NCBI GenBank assembly: GCA_030141605.1
Contig: JAQGDQ010000016.1
Coordinates: 560,282 to 624,281, forward strand
DNA: 64,000 bases
Source: Tubiluchus corallicola
Lineage: Eukaryota > Animalia > Priapulida
Direction of reading: 5' to 3'
Shown here: in pieces, positions 1 through 15,149 of the stretch
Layout: each line of letters opens with the position of its first letter
Position numbering within the stretch: position 1 is the first letter of the stretch
Notes under the pieces: generated by a model
Database searches by the model: none
Seen by the model: the letters and a program-made list of their open reading frames with translations, nothing else
What the model was told of the DNA's origin: nothing
Made by a program: the position numbers and the translations under genes

Positions 1-100
1 GTATTCTGTAACCAAGTTTTTTAATAGTTCTTAGTACTTTAACAGAAAGTCATGTAAGAATTATTTTATCTTCTGAGACTAAAGTCAATTTGCATTTTAG

Positions 101-184
101 TGGACTGGTGTGGCTATGGCAGTTGGAGCAATCACTGCTGCTGTTGTTAGTGTGATTACCTATAAATATTTTCACCTGTCATAG
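101..184 (+). CDS. Probable terminal coding exon of an upstream gene encoding a C-terminal tail anchor (WTGVAMAVGAITAAVVSVITYKYFHLS*); resembles FKBP8/Zonda-type tails but identity is not established
   Basis: Acceptor ttgcattttag ends at 100; open frame of 27 codons to TAG at 182-184; a hydrophobic helix followed by a short basic/aromatic tail. The rest of the gene is outside the window. Confidence 0.45.
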   Translation, partial: WTGVAMAVGAITAAVVSVITYKYFHLS

Positions 185-3100
185 CTAATTCAGGACCAAG
201 TGGATATGGACATTACTTCAGTGGAGTGAGAGTGTGATGTACCAAGACATGTGACAAATAGGAATTATTGCATTCAACTTTTTTCTGTTGAAATTTGTTT
301 ACAGTCACTGTGGTGGTGGGAATACAAATGACCACAGTTTATAGCAGTGGTTTAACTGTATATGGAACAATTCAATTGCTGGAACTGATTTTGCCGTAAG
401 AAGCTTTTTATATGCAAACAATTCGATGAAATTTCCTGGATGCTATCTATACTCGAAGAATGAGTGTATTGTCTACAGACAGCTTTGATTCACAAGTGGA
501 AAATTTATGTTGTGTGTAGCTTTGCAAATTTTCTATTAATAATCGATTAAAATAATGATTGAAATAGCTTGATGAATTTAATCATTTGACGAAAAGCATT
601 TCATATGTTTCACCTAACCAGATGACTTGTTCCAGTTTTTTGTCTGCAAATCCTTGAATGCTGTATTAATTACAGTCATGTAGTTTTCATATATTCTTTA
701 GGTCTGTGCCAAGCATACCAAGAAGCAGTTTTCAAATCATTTTATGTTCCAGAATTTGCAGATATAATGCAATAAACCAGGGCCAGCCTTAAAATTAATT
801 GGACCAATTTATAATTTTTCCTAATCGAGCCCCGAACCTCCGGTAGCTCCGCACTAGCGAGTAGAGTAATCTACCTTCGGCTCTTCATGTATGCATATCA
901 ATGCATTGCAATGATTACAAAGAGTGCAGTCTTTTTACTATCATCTGTTTCTTGTTTCAGCTCTTACTGTGCAGTTCATTACATAAGCAATATAAAAGAT
1001 AATATCTAAATTTACCTATATTTACCTGTAGACTAGACATGGCTATTCTTTGCTGTCTTGCTTAAACCTATATGGGCAACCTGTGCTGTGACAAGAGTAC
1101 ACCTCCTAAAATAGAAAACAGATTATCTCAAAATGAATTATTTTTGTTGTGGCTGAACATTTTTTTATTTCTACAATAATTTGCTTAACTATTAACTTAT
1201 TTTCCAACTCTTATTTGTCACGGAATTTGAGGTAGTGCATATGGATACCTATTTAGATAATAAGACTATGTATACTTGATCTTTACCTTATTTGCGCTGA
1301 TTTATGAAACTACGACTATTTACCTAAAAGTAAAATGTAAATAAATGTGTAACAACTTGTAAATGTCTATAAACCTATACATTTTTAACAATATCATGTG
1401 ATAAATTTACTATACTGCATCATTATGCACCTACATATCTTCATGGCAAAACGGCTATTGTTCTTTCAGAATCAGACTCGAGTCTCGAATGGAAAGTTTT
1501 CACAAGTCTACAATTTCTAAAATTCACTGCAGATACAGTAAAAAAGATAATTCAATCAAAGTGAGATCTATGTCCAGGCTCCAGCTATGCTGTTCACTTT
1601 GCAATTTCATTTTTTCAGAATGAAAAATAAATTGATATTTTTGGTAAATAATTACACAGTGATTAAACCAGGTGATGTTATAGCTTTGTAATTTTTATCG
1701 TGACCCATACATTTTGCTTACTAATTGACAGGCTTACACGTGTAATTTTCTATAAAAATGTAGCCGTTTGGTCCATTGACTTGCATGCATCACACTTTTT
1801 AAGCTCACGTTTTATTTGCAGCCCACCAAAATTGTTTGAGTAGCGCCCCACACCTCCTAAGTCCAGACCCGCCATAACCACTCTTAAGCACTACTTAATA
1901 GACGAGTGATACTAGTATTTGCATTATTAAACGTTTTTTATTTTGTTGGTTATGTTAAAACCTAATAGCAAATTAACACATTATTAAGTTCAGAGTTTTA
2001 TAGAAAGCATTTTCACAATTTTGAGTTATTTTTTGGGATTGTGCACATTTAGATTTACACAAATGCTTTGGCTTTAACCCTGCTGAACCCAAAGCCAAAC
2101 ATATCAAACTTTTAAATTATTTGTACTAAATAGTTTCAAAATTTGTAAAATTTCTTCCTATTGTTAATTCCTATGATTTCTTCCTAATGGATTCTGGGTT
2201 TGTCAGTTTGGATTCTGTCATTATTAATTATCGTTATATGTAGATCCTAGTGTGGTTGCGTTCTATATATTGTTCATGTTTTTGCAGACAACTAAACTGA
2301 GTGGAATGTTAGTATTTTAGTATTCCCCACATACGGAGTTGTTTATCAGCAGTCTTTGCATGATTATGAAAACTCACTTTTATTATTGTTGTTGTTGTTA
2401 TTACTCTTTAATTTTTACGTAAATGTAATAGAGAATTTGTGATCAATGTTAAGTTCAAAATGGTGAAATTTGTATATAAAATTTAACAATAATCACAGTC
2501 TAGATTAGTAATTATCATTTTATTTTGCATTTATTGTCAGTCAATGACATTATGATGTCATGATCATCAAGCTTGTTGTCATTATCATTAACGTTCTCAT
2601 ATCGATTATCACTACTATTCTCCTTATTGTCATCATCATCGTTGTCGTCGTCATCATCCTTGCATTTACACAAACACGTTCTCATGTTATGGGTTTTTCA
2701 ATTAAACTTTCATACAAACTTGATGCCAGTTAGATTTTATCTCCGCTGTGGATATGGTGATAATTTGGATTAGTATAAGATGCATCTAGGGAAGTTTAAC
2801 ACTTTTGATCATAATGTGGCTACTAGCTACATGTGCTGTGATTGCTACGTAGTCTAGCATTTTTAACCGACCTTTTAATCTGCAGCAGAGCCCGTTTATG
2901 TTCGCAAGCGAGTCGTGATTATTCCATTGATTGGAGGAAAACCATCACTTTGCTTACTATTACTTCCTGGCAATTCATTACTTGCTTGTGTAGTTTTACC
3001 ACAGCATAGTAATTTATTTTGGGATTAGTTGTCGTACTGTGGATTTGGTATGCTAAGGGATCTTTTTGTTGCGAAAACGAAATGACAATACATGCCCAGA

Positions 3101-3540
3101 TCCGGTATTTACTGAGTGACAGAACCGAAAATTGTGTGTTAATATTAAAAAATTGTGTGTAGAAAGACTGATATACAAAGTGTTTATTTTACGAATGTTT
3201 ACTTTTTGCGGGTGGTACTAAACGGTTGAATGAAAGCAAATATTCATGTGATTAAATGTATTTACCATTTTTCATAACTAGAGCCAGCAAATGCAAATAT
3301 ACAACAGTGATGAAGTGTTTAGTCAAACTGCAGTAAGACGAAATAATACACTTACATTATATACTGCAAGCTGGTAAATAGCTAATCTCAAAAAATAGTG
3401 GTTATAGAACAGGATACGAATGCATATTGTAGTCTAACAAACTCTCCTAGTCTGACTATTCTGACTGTAAATCAGCATTTGTCAACACAAATTAAAAAAT
3501 ATCAAATGACAAGCTGTTAGCCCAGTACTTATGTAGAAAA

Positions 3541-3900
<360 letters not shown>

Positions 3901-3949
3901 CGCTTCCCTCATCCCCCCACTTTCTTCCTTACTTACTTTACTTACGCAA

Positions 3950-4069
3950 TTTATTTGGGCTTGTCACCTGTCGGTTTTTGTTTACCAATACGTAGTCTAC
4001 AGATGGGCCTATATAAGGCCAATGTGGATCCTGCTGACTTATGGGGTAGAGTACTTTAGCAAGGTAAGT
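3950..4069 (+). promoter_or_regulatory. Core promoter and non-coding first exon of cathepsin gene 1
   Basis: CCAAT 3985-3989, TATATAA 4010-4016, donor AAG|GTAAGT at 4064. The block is recognisably conserved at 20408-20527 upstream of paralog 2. Confidence 0.7.
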
Positions 4070-4781
4070 TTTACATGAAAAAACCTAAAACGATAACGAG
4101 CTAACAGTAAATAAAAAATTTTGTGTAGTCTGGTGACTGTTAAAGAGGTTTATCGATGAAGTACTTGCATGTCTGTTGTGACTGGAATAGAGTTAATTAG
4201 TTTCAAATCCTCACAATATAACGGAACCACCACAATAACGGTATTTACTAAAACAATAGAAACAGCAGCAATCCTATAAAGGCTTGGTAGTACATATAAT
4301 AAGCGAGCTTCATCCATTTTTGTAACACTTTTCTTACCGACATGATTATGATTTTAAGTTGTGATTAATTTATTTTTCGGTTGCTATCTTAATTTCATGT
4401 TTGAAATTGCATGGTTATCAACTGAATTCTTTTTTTCGGAATATCTGAGGAGGTAGAGCTTTCAAATCTTTGATAGCAAGAACGACATCAGTTTGATAAA
4501 TGCTTTATATTCCACGAACGATATCAATGAATTTTATATCAATTTTTACTAAAAAAATGACACCGTTACCACTGTACGCAACTAGTCATTTTCAGTTATC
4601 ATTTTTCGCTTGAGAATGACTTAGGACCGGCTCTCACAACCTAAAAATTATTACAACGAGGATTATGCCATATAGCACGGAAAGTTTTGCAGCTCGTGAG
4701 ATGAAATAGACAATCAACATTATTTTATTTTCAAATGTGTAAAAACTGACAATGTCAGAAGAAAGTGTTATTTTTTATATA

Positions 4782-5224
4782 CCGTATTTTCCCATGTATA
4801 AGAGACCCTTGTGTATAAGAGACCCCTTCAATTTTTAGGCAAAAATTCTGGAAAAAAGTTTTTTTGGTAATGAATAACTTTATTCATCATAGAAATCATT
4901 AAATTAAGCAGAGAGCTTATGCAGATGCGTTGATTGGCTGCAGAACAATCGATTTCTCTCCAATACCAAAGAGACATTTAAAAAAATAATAACTTACCCG
5001 GTACATTAATTTTATCATTAGAATTTAGCCATGGAGAAGATTTATTGAAAGGAAACTATAATTATTCGAAATAAAACAGTTGTAGAGCACTTATTTCTTT
5101 AAAATCATTAGTGTCACAATTTATGCATCTTATTGAAAAGACTTACTCCCATGTATAAGAGACCCCCTATTTTTAAAGTGAAAATTCTGAGCAAAAAAGG
5201 GTCTCTTATACACGGGAAAATACG
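4782..5224. mobile_element. Non-autonomous Tc1/mariner-pogo-type MITE
   Basis: ~26-bp terminal inverted repeats CGTATTTTCCC(A/G)TGTATAAGAGACCC (4783-4808 and 5199-5224), TA on both flanks, extra internal copies of TGTATAAGAGACCC near 4813 and 5152. Confidence 0.85.
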
Positions 5225-5703
5225 TACTACGAATGTCATGGAGAGTATGCATAACCAAAAAGCACTTTTTAGTTATAAACACGCTCATATTATATGTATA
5301 ATCTTTGTTTATGTAAAGTGGTTAACAAAACAGTAGTACCTGATTCAAGTCTCTCCACAGTACAGGTGCAAGTTAGTCAGTGTATTGTAACAGTGCAATA
5401 TAACGTCTATAAGATTTTCAAGCAAATAACTTCAGTTAGGTGCACATATATTATATCAGTTTGGCATAACATATTAACTTGCCAGTATGACATTTTTGGC
5501 TGTATTCAGTCCAATATAAATGTTTGTAAACATTTCTGAGAATAGAATTCATTACCACTAATAATAATAATAACAATAAAATAAAGAAGGATTTTCTGAG
5601 GAGGTAAATGTCTTGTTTTATCAGTTCTCTGTCGTTAGTGACATTTAACATTACAGCTATGATTTTCAATGACGACGACGATGGTGATAATGATTGTGGT
5701 GAT

Positions 5704-5710
5704 TCTTCTT

Positions 5711-5787
<77 letters not shown>

Positions 5788-5890
5788 TATTATTATTAAT
5801 GGTGATGATAATAATATTAATGGTAATATTAATAAAAATAATATTGATAAGCATTATTATTAACATTATTATTATTATTATTATTATTTT
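5704..5890. repeat. Compound (TCT)n/(TAT)n microsatellite
   Basis: Directly visible; explains the poly-S/Y/I/N ORFs in the track. Confidence 0.95.
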
Positions 5891-6705
5891 ATGTAGCTTT
5901 TTGGCTTCGTATGTTAAACACAAACGTTGACACTAGTTAAGAGATTTCACAAACACTTTTGTCTCTAATAACGTAAATATGTTTTTTCCGAAATGCAAGT
6001 TTCGATTATAAATAATAAATTATAAGTTTTGATTATGTTGCAATATAGTATCTGAAATGGTCTAATATAAATTTTTCGTTAATTTTAATTTTACTTAGTA
6101 TATATATAATATTTAATATATTATAATTATATATTATATAATATAATTATTATATATATTATAATATATAGGCAACATGAAATACTTGTTGATTCAAGCT
6201 GCTTTTGCTTGAGAATGAAGCCAGCTTTAAAAACTATGAGAATAAATAATTTAAGTGCCAGATAACTAGACGTTTTTTATCAGTTGATTACGTTTTTTAT
6301 TCTCAGCTGCCCTAACAAGAAAATATAATCAAGATCAGAATTTTTCGTTTTTTAAAAGTTATAAATGCAAAGTTACAAAGTTTTTTGCGGTTGATAATTC
6401 TGATAAGTATGTAAAAATTTTCTTTAAAAGACTTTAATTAAAATGTATGTTAATTAATGCAACAGTAACAAATGCCGAAGATAACCATGTCATTTTGCTA
6501 AAAATTTGGAAAGCAGCCCTAGACAGAAATCATGATAATATTCATAGAGTGAAGCAGTGAAGCACGGTTCTTTGTTTTGGTTTTGTTAAATACATTAATT
6601 TCAATAACAAAGGGCTTTGCTAACTGATTTTGCTATAAAATAGTTTATTTTTTGTATAGGTATACGTGGATTAGGTGCTGGCATCATCCACTAGAATTGT
6701 TCAGA

Positions 6706-9700
6706 ATGAAGATTTGTGCAGCGCTTTTTCTCCTAGTTGTTGTCACATCTGAAGTGGCAGCTGATGATGGCATTCCGACTTGGGAGGAGTTTAAAGCTAT
6801 GTATCGTAAGTTTATTCTACACTTAACTATATCTGAGAGTCTTAGACTCAAGGCTCACGCTAACAGATTGTTGAAAAAGTAGTAAGAGTGTTGCAATGTA
6901 TGCATTATACTCGCCTTATTTTTTACACTATGAACGATTTTCAGTTAGCCGTGTTCAGCTCAAGTAGGTGAATATTTTTGGCGAATTTTTTTCTCTAAAA
7001 CTGAAGCATGGCTTTTAAACAACTGTTGTTTTTTGTCATGTCAATCATCCTGCCGAAACCACCTCCGTCCTCGTTTATTTGCTCGTCCTTCATTACGTTG
7101 TCCTCGATTCTACCCTTTTTTCGTTTCCCCGTTTTATCTGCTCTTGGTGGAACTACCGTTAGTGTTACTTTTCAATTTTGCAACAAAATTTTATGTTTTA
7201 ATGTGCAGACAAACGCTATGACGCAAGAACTTTCGAAGAACAAAGAAGGCATCGCATATTCAACTACAACGTAGCACAAATACATGATCACAATAGACTT
7301 TATGAAGAAGGAAAGACAACTTACAAGCAAGGAGTAAACGCCTTTAGCGACATGGTTAGTGTTTTAAAACGAAATGTTTCTTGTTGCAATCTACATTGTT
7401 TTGAGGTTGTTAATTTTGTCTGTCATTAAAAATACATAATTGTATATATTATATACATTAAATTGCTTCTGTTAAATTTTCTTCCCAATCAAAATTAATT
7501 TTAAACCTCTGCATTTATCAGTTGTCTGTAATGCATAAAACAGTTATTATTTTCAAAATGTTACTAACTCTTTTAGTAACCAAAGTTAAACTAAATATTT
7601 AATTACAAGAACTATTCTTTTGATTATTTTTTTCAATAGTCTCATTCGCTTGTACCTAGTATTTAGAGTTTGGCTCTTTGTTTGGTAAGACGATGTCAGC
7701 TACAATGACTGTTAGATAAAATAACGTTTTTGCACATTTGCAAAAATTTCTATGGAAGCAACGGCAAGTTATAATGATGATTCTTTGTATAAGTGGCTTA
7801 AATGTTCACGATGCTATACAGCTGTTTATGACATATTGGAAAAAACTTGAATTATAATTACTCCACTGCAATTTATAACCAATTAATTCGTGTCTGTGAA
7901 TAAAACTTCTACTTATTTCACCTCGCTTGTGTCTTATACAGGTGGATAATAATGCCGTGTCGGCGAGTTTTTTTATTTCTTTTATCATTAGAAACTACGC
8001 AATAGCGGATACAGCCCACTTAGCGGTCTCTGATCTTCATGGTGTTCATTTTGCTACTACATTTATTGAAACATTTTTAACACGTAAACGTTATAAGCAT
8101 TTGAAATTCAGAGTTTTTGTGCGCCGCTTTCCGTTGCTGACGGGTCTTATTTTACACAGACAGCTACAGAAGTCATCGAATCAAGCACAGGTCTGGTACC
8201 CCCAGCTGATCTAGCTTCAGAAACTCTCACAAATGTAGCCCATCAGAAGATAACTGCTTATCCCGACGTTGACTGGACTAACAATGAATGTATGTCACCT
8301 GTTCGAAACCAGGTAAGCAAATACTGCAAAATAGAAGATCAGTAATGCAACCACAATGTAGAAAACAGACTGCTCTCTGTCAAAAAGGAAACACTTGACA
8401 AAAATTCAACTGCAAAATCTATCTACTTTTGCGAGACTATTGAAATAGACTAAAAGGTTACAATGCAGGCATGTCTGGTGGAAGACTGATGTTTTGTGCC
8501 TACCAATAGTGTTTTGCAATGTTGCTCACTAAAAATGTAGCTCTGACACATTTATAAGTAAAATACATTTATTATAACGCCATTTTATTCAAAACGTGCA
8601 ATAAATTTAGCAAAGGAATTCCCAACCTGCTGGAGAAATTCCCTAAGAGGAAAAATTTAGGATTTAAGGATAAATTAGGATAATGAATTGTAAAATGTAA
8701 AATACTATCGTAATATTATTTTCAAAACTACATTCTACAAGATCATTCTACAAGCTGTTTTACAACTTTTTGTCGTCATCGTCGTCGTCGTCGCCTGTAA
8801 TGCTGCTGCTTGCGTTATGACCTTTATTATTGGTATAATCAGTTTTGAATTTTGTCGATTATTCGGAGTTCGCCTCTTTTAAATTACAGGGATCATGTGG
8901 TAGTTGCTGGGCATTTGCGGCGGTAAGTAGACCTATATACTTGTATTACTGCACTATATGATTTATAGCAAACTATATGTTGTACTATCCTTGAATATCA
9001 TTCTCATTCAGGCTTAGTCTGCACGACTTATCACATTGTTAATTATACGGATAACATTCTGCCAACAGTTCGTTTAGAAATTCACCTTAATATATCTTGC
9101 CCACAACATCCTAATTTACTTAAACAGTTGCCATAAGGTTTCTTCTTCTAAGGGCTAGGAAGAGGTTCTTCATTTGGAACAAAACGTAAACGTAATAAAG
9201 CTAGAGCTAAGTTTTTACTTACCACAGATCTACAGACATTGCTATGATCCAAAAGCTAGTTTGTGCTACGCAGTATAAGATTTTTAGTGAAAATTTAGCT
9301 ATAGTAAAAGAAACTAGAAAATAAGATGTCCTTAAACTGAATCACTAACAGGGAAATTTTACTTACTTTTGTATCATTTAAGGCTCTTATAGTTATTGTA
9401 TATCGTGGAATGCAAATTTATTGGAATGGAATGCAAGGGTCGCTTATTGACGACAACTATCAAGCATAAGCGTTCCTGTTTGTTCCATGTAATGTGTGGT
9501 GTGTAAAACGTTTCATGTTTACTTCACCTTAATTTCAGAACACAGCGCTCAATACACGTTTCTGCTTGAAGCATAATTTAGGCTCTGCTCAAGAATTCAG
9601 CGACCAGCATTTAGTGGACTGTAACACTGAAACGAAGTCTTACTGTGTTCAAACTGCAGTTAATGTGTATCATTGCCAAAATTGTCGTAATAATGGATGT

Positions 9701-12700
9701 AAAGGTGGATGGCCGCTCTGCGCATACTATTATATTAATGAGAATGACATCACCATGAATAAAGATTATCCATATACAGCACAGGTACAATTATTAACAT
9801 GTAATAGGCCCTAGTAAGTGCGGAAGATTGGTGCAATTAGTTTTTATATTGTACTCGTTGATGTAGTGGTTATAAGTTTATTAAATTACCAAAATACCCG
9901 GATGCTAAGAGAAAACATGTGATGTTAAAAATATTTAGCCAATTAAATTAGTGCATTAAATCTATTTTTTAATTTAATTTGCGTGCGAAAGGAAGTTTTT
10001 CTGTAGACCTAATGATTTCACTACTTGAATTTAGAACTTTTAACTTTATTGTAAACGTTAATGTAAAGGTTAATTAATCATTATCGTTTAAATGTAATTA
10101 TCTCCATGTAATGTCAACATATGCACGTATGTGTGTGTTTACTGTTTTTTGCAATTAGATTTTAATTAGGGTCATTTCCTGTATGTGCTCACCCCCTTTT
10201 CATTTCAATCAATTTCATGTAATGTTTTGAAATGTATTAATTTTTATATGGACATTTGTCCGAAATAAAATTATAATCAAATTAAATTAAAACGTAAATT
10301 GGTTTAAACAATTCTAAGGAAGAGCACTTAGCTGTAAACCCGCTTCGCAGATCGTAAGCCGTATTCAAGTTTTGTGACGGCATGTTAAACTGAATCATCT
10401 TCTATTTACTTCATGTGTTAAAGCCAATTTTACCTTTTTTTCAAGAAGACGCTACCATGACGGCATCATTCCATAACGTTACCCTGGTTGGTCATTATTG
10501 AAATTCTTTACGTGTACCGCTTGTTCTGAATGCAAAAGTCAATCGAGGGAAAAATATTAGGCACCTACTTACTTTCGTGAATCGTGAAATTTATTGTAGT
10601 TACAGTATTGTTGTTATATGTTCTAGGACGGAACATGTAAGAACATTTCACCAGTATATACGCCCGGTAGTGAGGTGGTGTCCAAAGGCAAATTTGACTA
10701 TTCATGCAAGAAAAGGCAAGTGTTCAGATAAATTTTGTACGTTTTCACATGTGCTTTTGTTGTGGCTTTTCATTGGCTTATTCGTTTTTTTATTTCGTCA
10801 GCTTTGAATTTGTAATTGTACTTTACTGTTCATTTATTAAAAAAATTCAATAATGATGGGCCATTAATTGGAATTCTTTCTCTCAGATGTCTGCTCAATG
10901 CAGTGCAGCACTAGAGACACATTGCATGATAAATCGAAGTAAACTGCAACATTATTTCTCATCCCAATATAGTAACATTATAGTTCTTCTTTTGTAAATA
11001 TTTTTATTTGCTTTGATTTATTTTGTTTTTACTGTGCATATTGCGTGTAGAATGTTTATGAGTTACAGAAATGAACTGTCGCTAGATTCGGATTTCAGCC
11101 ATTCAGAACTCTTCCATGAGACAATTTCGTCTGTTTATTTGTTTATTTATATATTTTTCTTTTCTTCTTTTCTTTCTTTACGCTCATTTAATACTGCCTA
11201 CCCGAGTTGTACGTTTACTCATTCTCTTTCATTCAATTGTAATTTTTATAGGCGCAAAATAAACCTTAGTAACTATAAGTATAATGTTATATACTCTGTA
11301 AAACGATTTGCAAAGTAGTAATTATAGTTATGAAGTTATAACATATTTATAATTAAGCAAAAATTATTTAGTATTTAATGTATTCATGCCTGTTAGTGGT
11401 TAGTAACCGCCAAGCCGAAATGTCCTGAGTAAGAACAAAAATATTGCAAAACCTATGTTGTTTTTTTAATTAATAAAAGATTGCCCTTCTGGTTCACAGA
11501 GTATAAACAGGTTACATTTAATAAAAGCAATAATAATGATACTGCTTTAATAAAAAAAATGGCATTAGTCGCTGCTATATCCGAATTTAATAGGCTTTCG
11601 CCGCTGTTGCGTAAGTAGTTTGCAACCGTGCATTCGTCCGTACCTTTCTCAGATCCTAATTTTGTGCTGTTACCATATGTTTCATGCTCTAATCATGAAA
11701 TGAATATTATTTACGAATACTGTTAGAAGTATGTAAAAAAATCTCAACTCTTCCAGTAACCCAGTCACAATGAAACCATCGAATGTTGTTAAGGGCTTCA
11801 TGAAGGCACGTTGAGAAAGGTTTGATAATGTGACACATTTGCTAACCACACTTTCTGTTGTAGACTGAGTTTAGAAAGCTAACTGAGTGCAATTTTCGCC
11901 AAATTAATTTATTCATCCTATTATTTAAATCATCTAGATATTGTTTGTGAACAAACTAAAGCATATTGGTAGTTTTGGTATAAACATACTTTTCGGATTT
12001 TTTTAAAAAACATCTTTTCATAACTTAAATGTGCCGTTATATTTTTTGATTGATAATGATTGCTTTGCACGAATTTGTGTTTGTTTTTCTCTTATTGTAA
12101 AGCACTGCATTTGCTCACCTGAATTTTGTTTGCTCACAAATCACATGATGCCTCTAGTTTTGTTAAATATCCTCCTTGGATTTTTACCAGGAAGATAAAA
12201 AATTATCGTGTAAACGCTTATCTTTTTAAATGGGATAAACAAAAATTATTGAAATTTGTTTGTAATTTTCTTTTAAAAAGTGGATCGGCAGGAGATGAGT
12301 CATGTATCTTAAAAGCCTTACAAACTGGACCTGTTGTTGTTGCTATTCGAGTAACCAGCAGTTTTCGTTCCTATAAAAGTGGTAAGTAGATATACCGCAC
12401 AGAATTAGAATCAGAATTTTTTTTTATTTGCCTTGATCATTTTGTGCCGTAGTACATTACCCACATCAATTACAATGACAGTGAAGAACGGGATTGTGAA
12501 AGGCCAGATGGTCACCAAGTCAGCCAGGTCTCCATACAGAAATATAGATGTAAATGTAGAAATAACACACATAGGAAAAAGTATCAAAATGGATTAGTAA
12601 AACAGAAACAAAATAAGATCAAAACGAAACAAAATTCAAATTAGTGTAAGAATAGCAAAAAAAATAATCAATAACGAAAAATAGTCAATAAATAACAATT

Positions 12701-14384
12701 GTGTAGATGCTATATATGCAATGAAAAAAGAAAAGATGTTCTGTCAATATGCACTATAGCAACGCTAAATGGGGAAACAAAATTTAAGCAAGAACATAGA
12801 TGCACAATTCATGAAGATTACCCAAAACAAACAAGAAATTAAATAGAGTTTTTTAAGTGCATCAAAATGAAAAACGGAAAAATCACAATATTGTAAAAGG
12901 AAAAATTTTGTATAAACTTCGAGCCCGGGATAAATCAAGAAAATTACTACTAATACTATACTAGTACTAATATAATACTGTATCAGTATATTTGTACAAT
13001 TATATTATATCAGATATTGAGCTAACTTTATTCAATATAATTTTGACAAAGAGTATAATTATAAAAAAATCATATTTTTGTATATTTTGGTGTTATACAG
13101 AAATGGATGAACTAGAAATAAACACTGGTATAACTACGATAGTTATAAAGAAAATTTGAGGAAGAATAAGGTTATTACTAAATAGGAATTTGAGGAAGAT
13201 TAAGGTTATTAATAAATGGAAGAAAAGTGCTGGATTATGGCAAAGAAGAAATAAGCTGTATCAACACAGCAAGAAAAAAGACAGATATTCTGATTAACCA
13301 AGTAATACTAGATTTGTCTATGATTATCTACTAATGTTGTATTTTTGTACTAAGAACTTGCTGTATCACTTGGCTAATGAATGGAGGGAATTGGCATTTT
13401 TTAATGTATTGCTCATGTGATTCCATAATATTACACCTTTGTACTTCATAATGTCTATCCGCATGAGGTGTGATACTTGCATGTTTAAGTGTGTAATAAG
13501 GAGTTGCATGTTAGCAGATTTTAGCATTGTTAAGTTTATATTGACAGAAAGATTAACACATCCACGTCTCAACTTTTAGTAACTCTTGATTTATTCTCAG
13601 CCAGAGTTTCAATGTTATTATCAGAAAGGAAAAGGTTTGTACCATCTGCAAAGAGTCTATGGCAAGGGTGTTCCATGTATGTAATCTCATCTGGAAATTT
13701 GCCAAATAAACTGTTTGTGCCGCCACTGTTTGTGTCTAAGTTGTGAATGTTTCTTTGTAGGACATTTACAAACTGCTCGGTATTTAGGCTTTTTTGTGGA
13801 TTTAATGAGTTTTTATAGCATTACCTATAAAGGCTGACAGACTTCACTAAAAGGAACACAGGAAGGTTTGTTCAGAAACTTGATTAAGTACAGTACCTGC
13901 GTTTAGTAGGAGCTTTGACAATCTATTGCCACAGAGTGTATTGATAAAATATTAAATTAACCACATCAGTTCTGGTTTGTATATAGGCGTGTTTGACGAG
14001 GCGTGGCCTGGGGGTATAAATCATGGAGTTACCATTACTGGAGCTGGGGAGACGGCTACGGATGGCAAATTTTGGATAGTGCAAAACAGGTAGACGTGTA
14101 ATATAGAATCATTGTTAATACACAACCATATGATTTCGTTCAATATAACATCTGCCAATATAATCTTAAGTATCTGATTTTTATTATTATTATTTTCCAA
14201 ATTTTTGTGCAGCTTTGGCACCATTTGTATGTATATAATTATAGGTCTATACTATAATGAAAATGTCGCTGTTTTCAGTTGGGGCACAAGCTGGGGAGAC
14301 AACGGTTACATTAAAATGAGACGAGGACTATCAAACAACGGCTGCCTTGGCATTAACATGTATGTGATGTGGCCTGAAGTATAA
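6706..14384 (+). CDS. Papain-family (C1A) cathepsin L-like cysteine protease, paralog 1 (secreted preproenzyme, 9 coding exons)
   Basis: Exons 6706-6805, 7209-7354, 8160-8312, 8890-8922, 9539-9784, 10627-10715 (GC donor), 12281-12381, 13987-14089, 14279-14384 splice in frame. Signal peptide MKICAALFLLVVVTSEVAA; ERFNIN (EEQRRHRIFNYNVAQIHDHN) and GVNAFSD in the I29 propeptide; QGSCGSCWAF, GCKGGWP, NHGV, QNSWG. Confidence 0.93.
12401..13670 (-). mobile_element. 5'-truncated, decayed non-LTR retrotransposon (CR1/L2-like) in intron 7 of paralog 1
   Basis: Minus strand reads RLFADGTNLFLS (FADD-type RT motif) near 13625-13660 and IKYKGVILWN-like C-terminal sequence; ends in AATAAA, an A-run and a TTCTGATTCTAATTCT tail at 12401-12430. 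Confidence 0.7.
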
Positions 14385-14939
14385 ATGAGATCCGAAACCC
14401 TTTGACTAAAATTTACCTTATTTATAATGATTATGTATGATTCATGCTATATTCGTTGCTATGATCGTCATTGCTTAAATCTGGAAGTGGTTGATTTAGT
14501 GTTGTCATGATTTAACATAAGTCTTCGGTATTTTATTTAGAACTGTTAATTGCCTGTTGGCACAAAGTTGCACTTAATACTGACCATATTATACAGATCA
14601 GATTCAATGACTCATTGTAACAAAGCTTAAATACCGTGTTTTCAAATGCTTGAAACTCAAATTACTGAATTAGAAAAGCTTTAATTACTTTAATTTCTTA
14701 TTTTATAATGGATATATTAAATCTTCTGTATGCAGTTGACGGTGATGCGCAGGTCTATAACATCAAGGCTTGGGTGCAGTTGTATTCTCTGTGTCACCTG
14801 TTTGCATAACATGTAGCTAATATTCAAATTGAATAAATTGTATCTGCATAATGCATGGTGTTTATTATTTACTACAACAATAAGTAAGTATGTAAATTTT
14901 TATTTCAGACTAAAAATGAACGAAAAACGTATTTGCTAT

Positions 14940-15149
<210 letters not shown>

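Noticed and set aside
778-1880. Possible hAT remnant (CAGGGCCAGCCTTAA start, weak transposase C-terminal-like text on the minus strand near 1550-1710)
   Set aside because: No convincing matching TIR or TSD.
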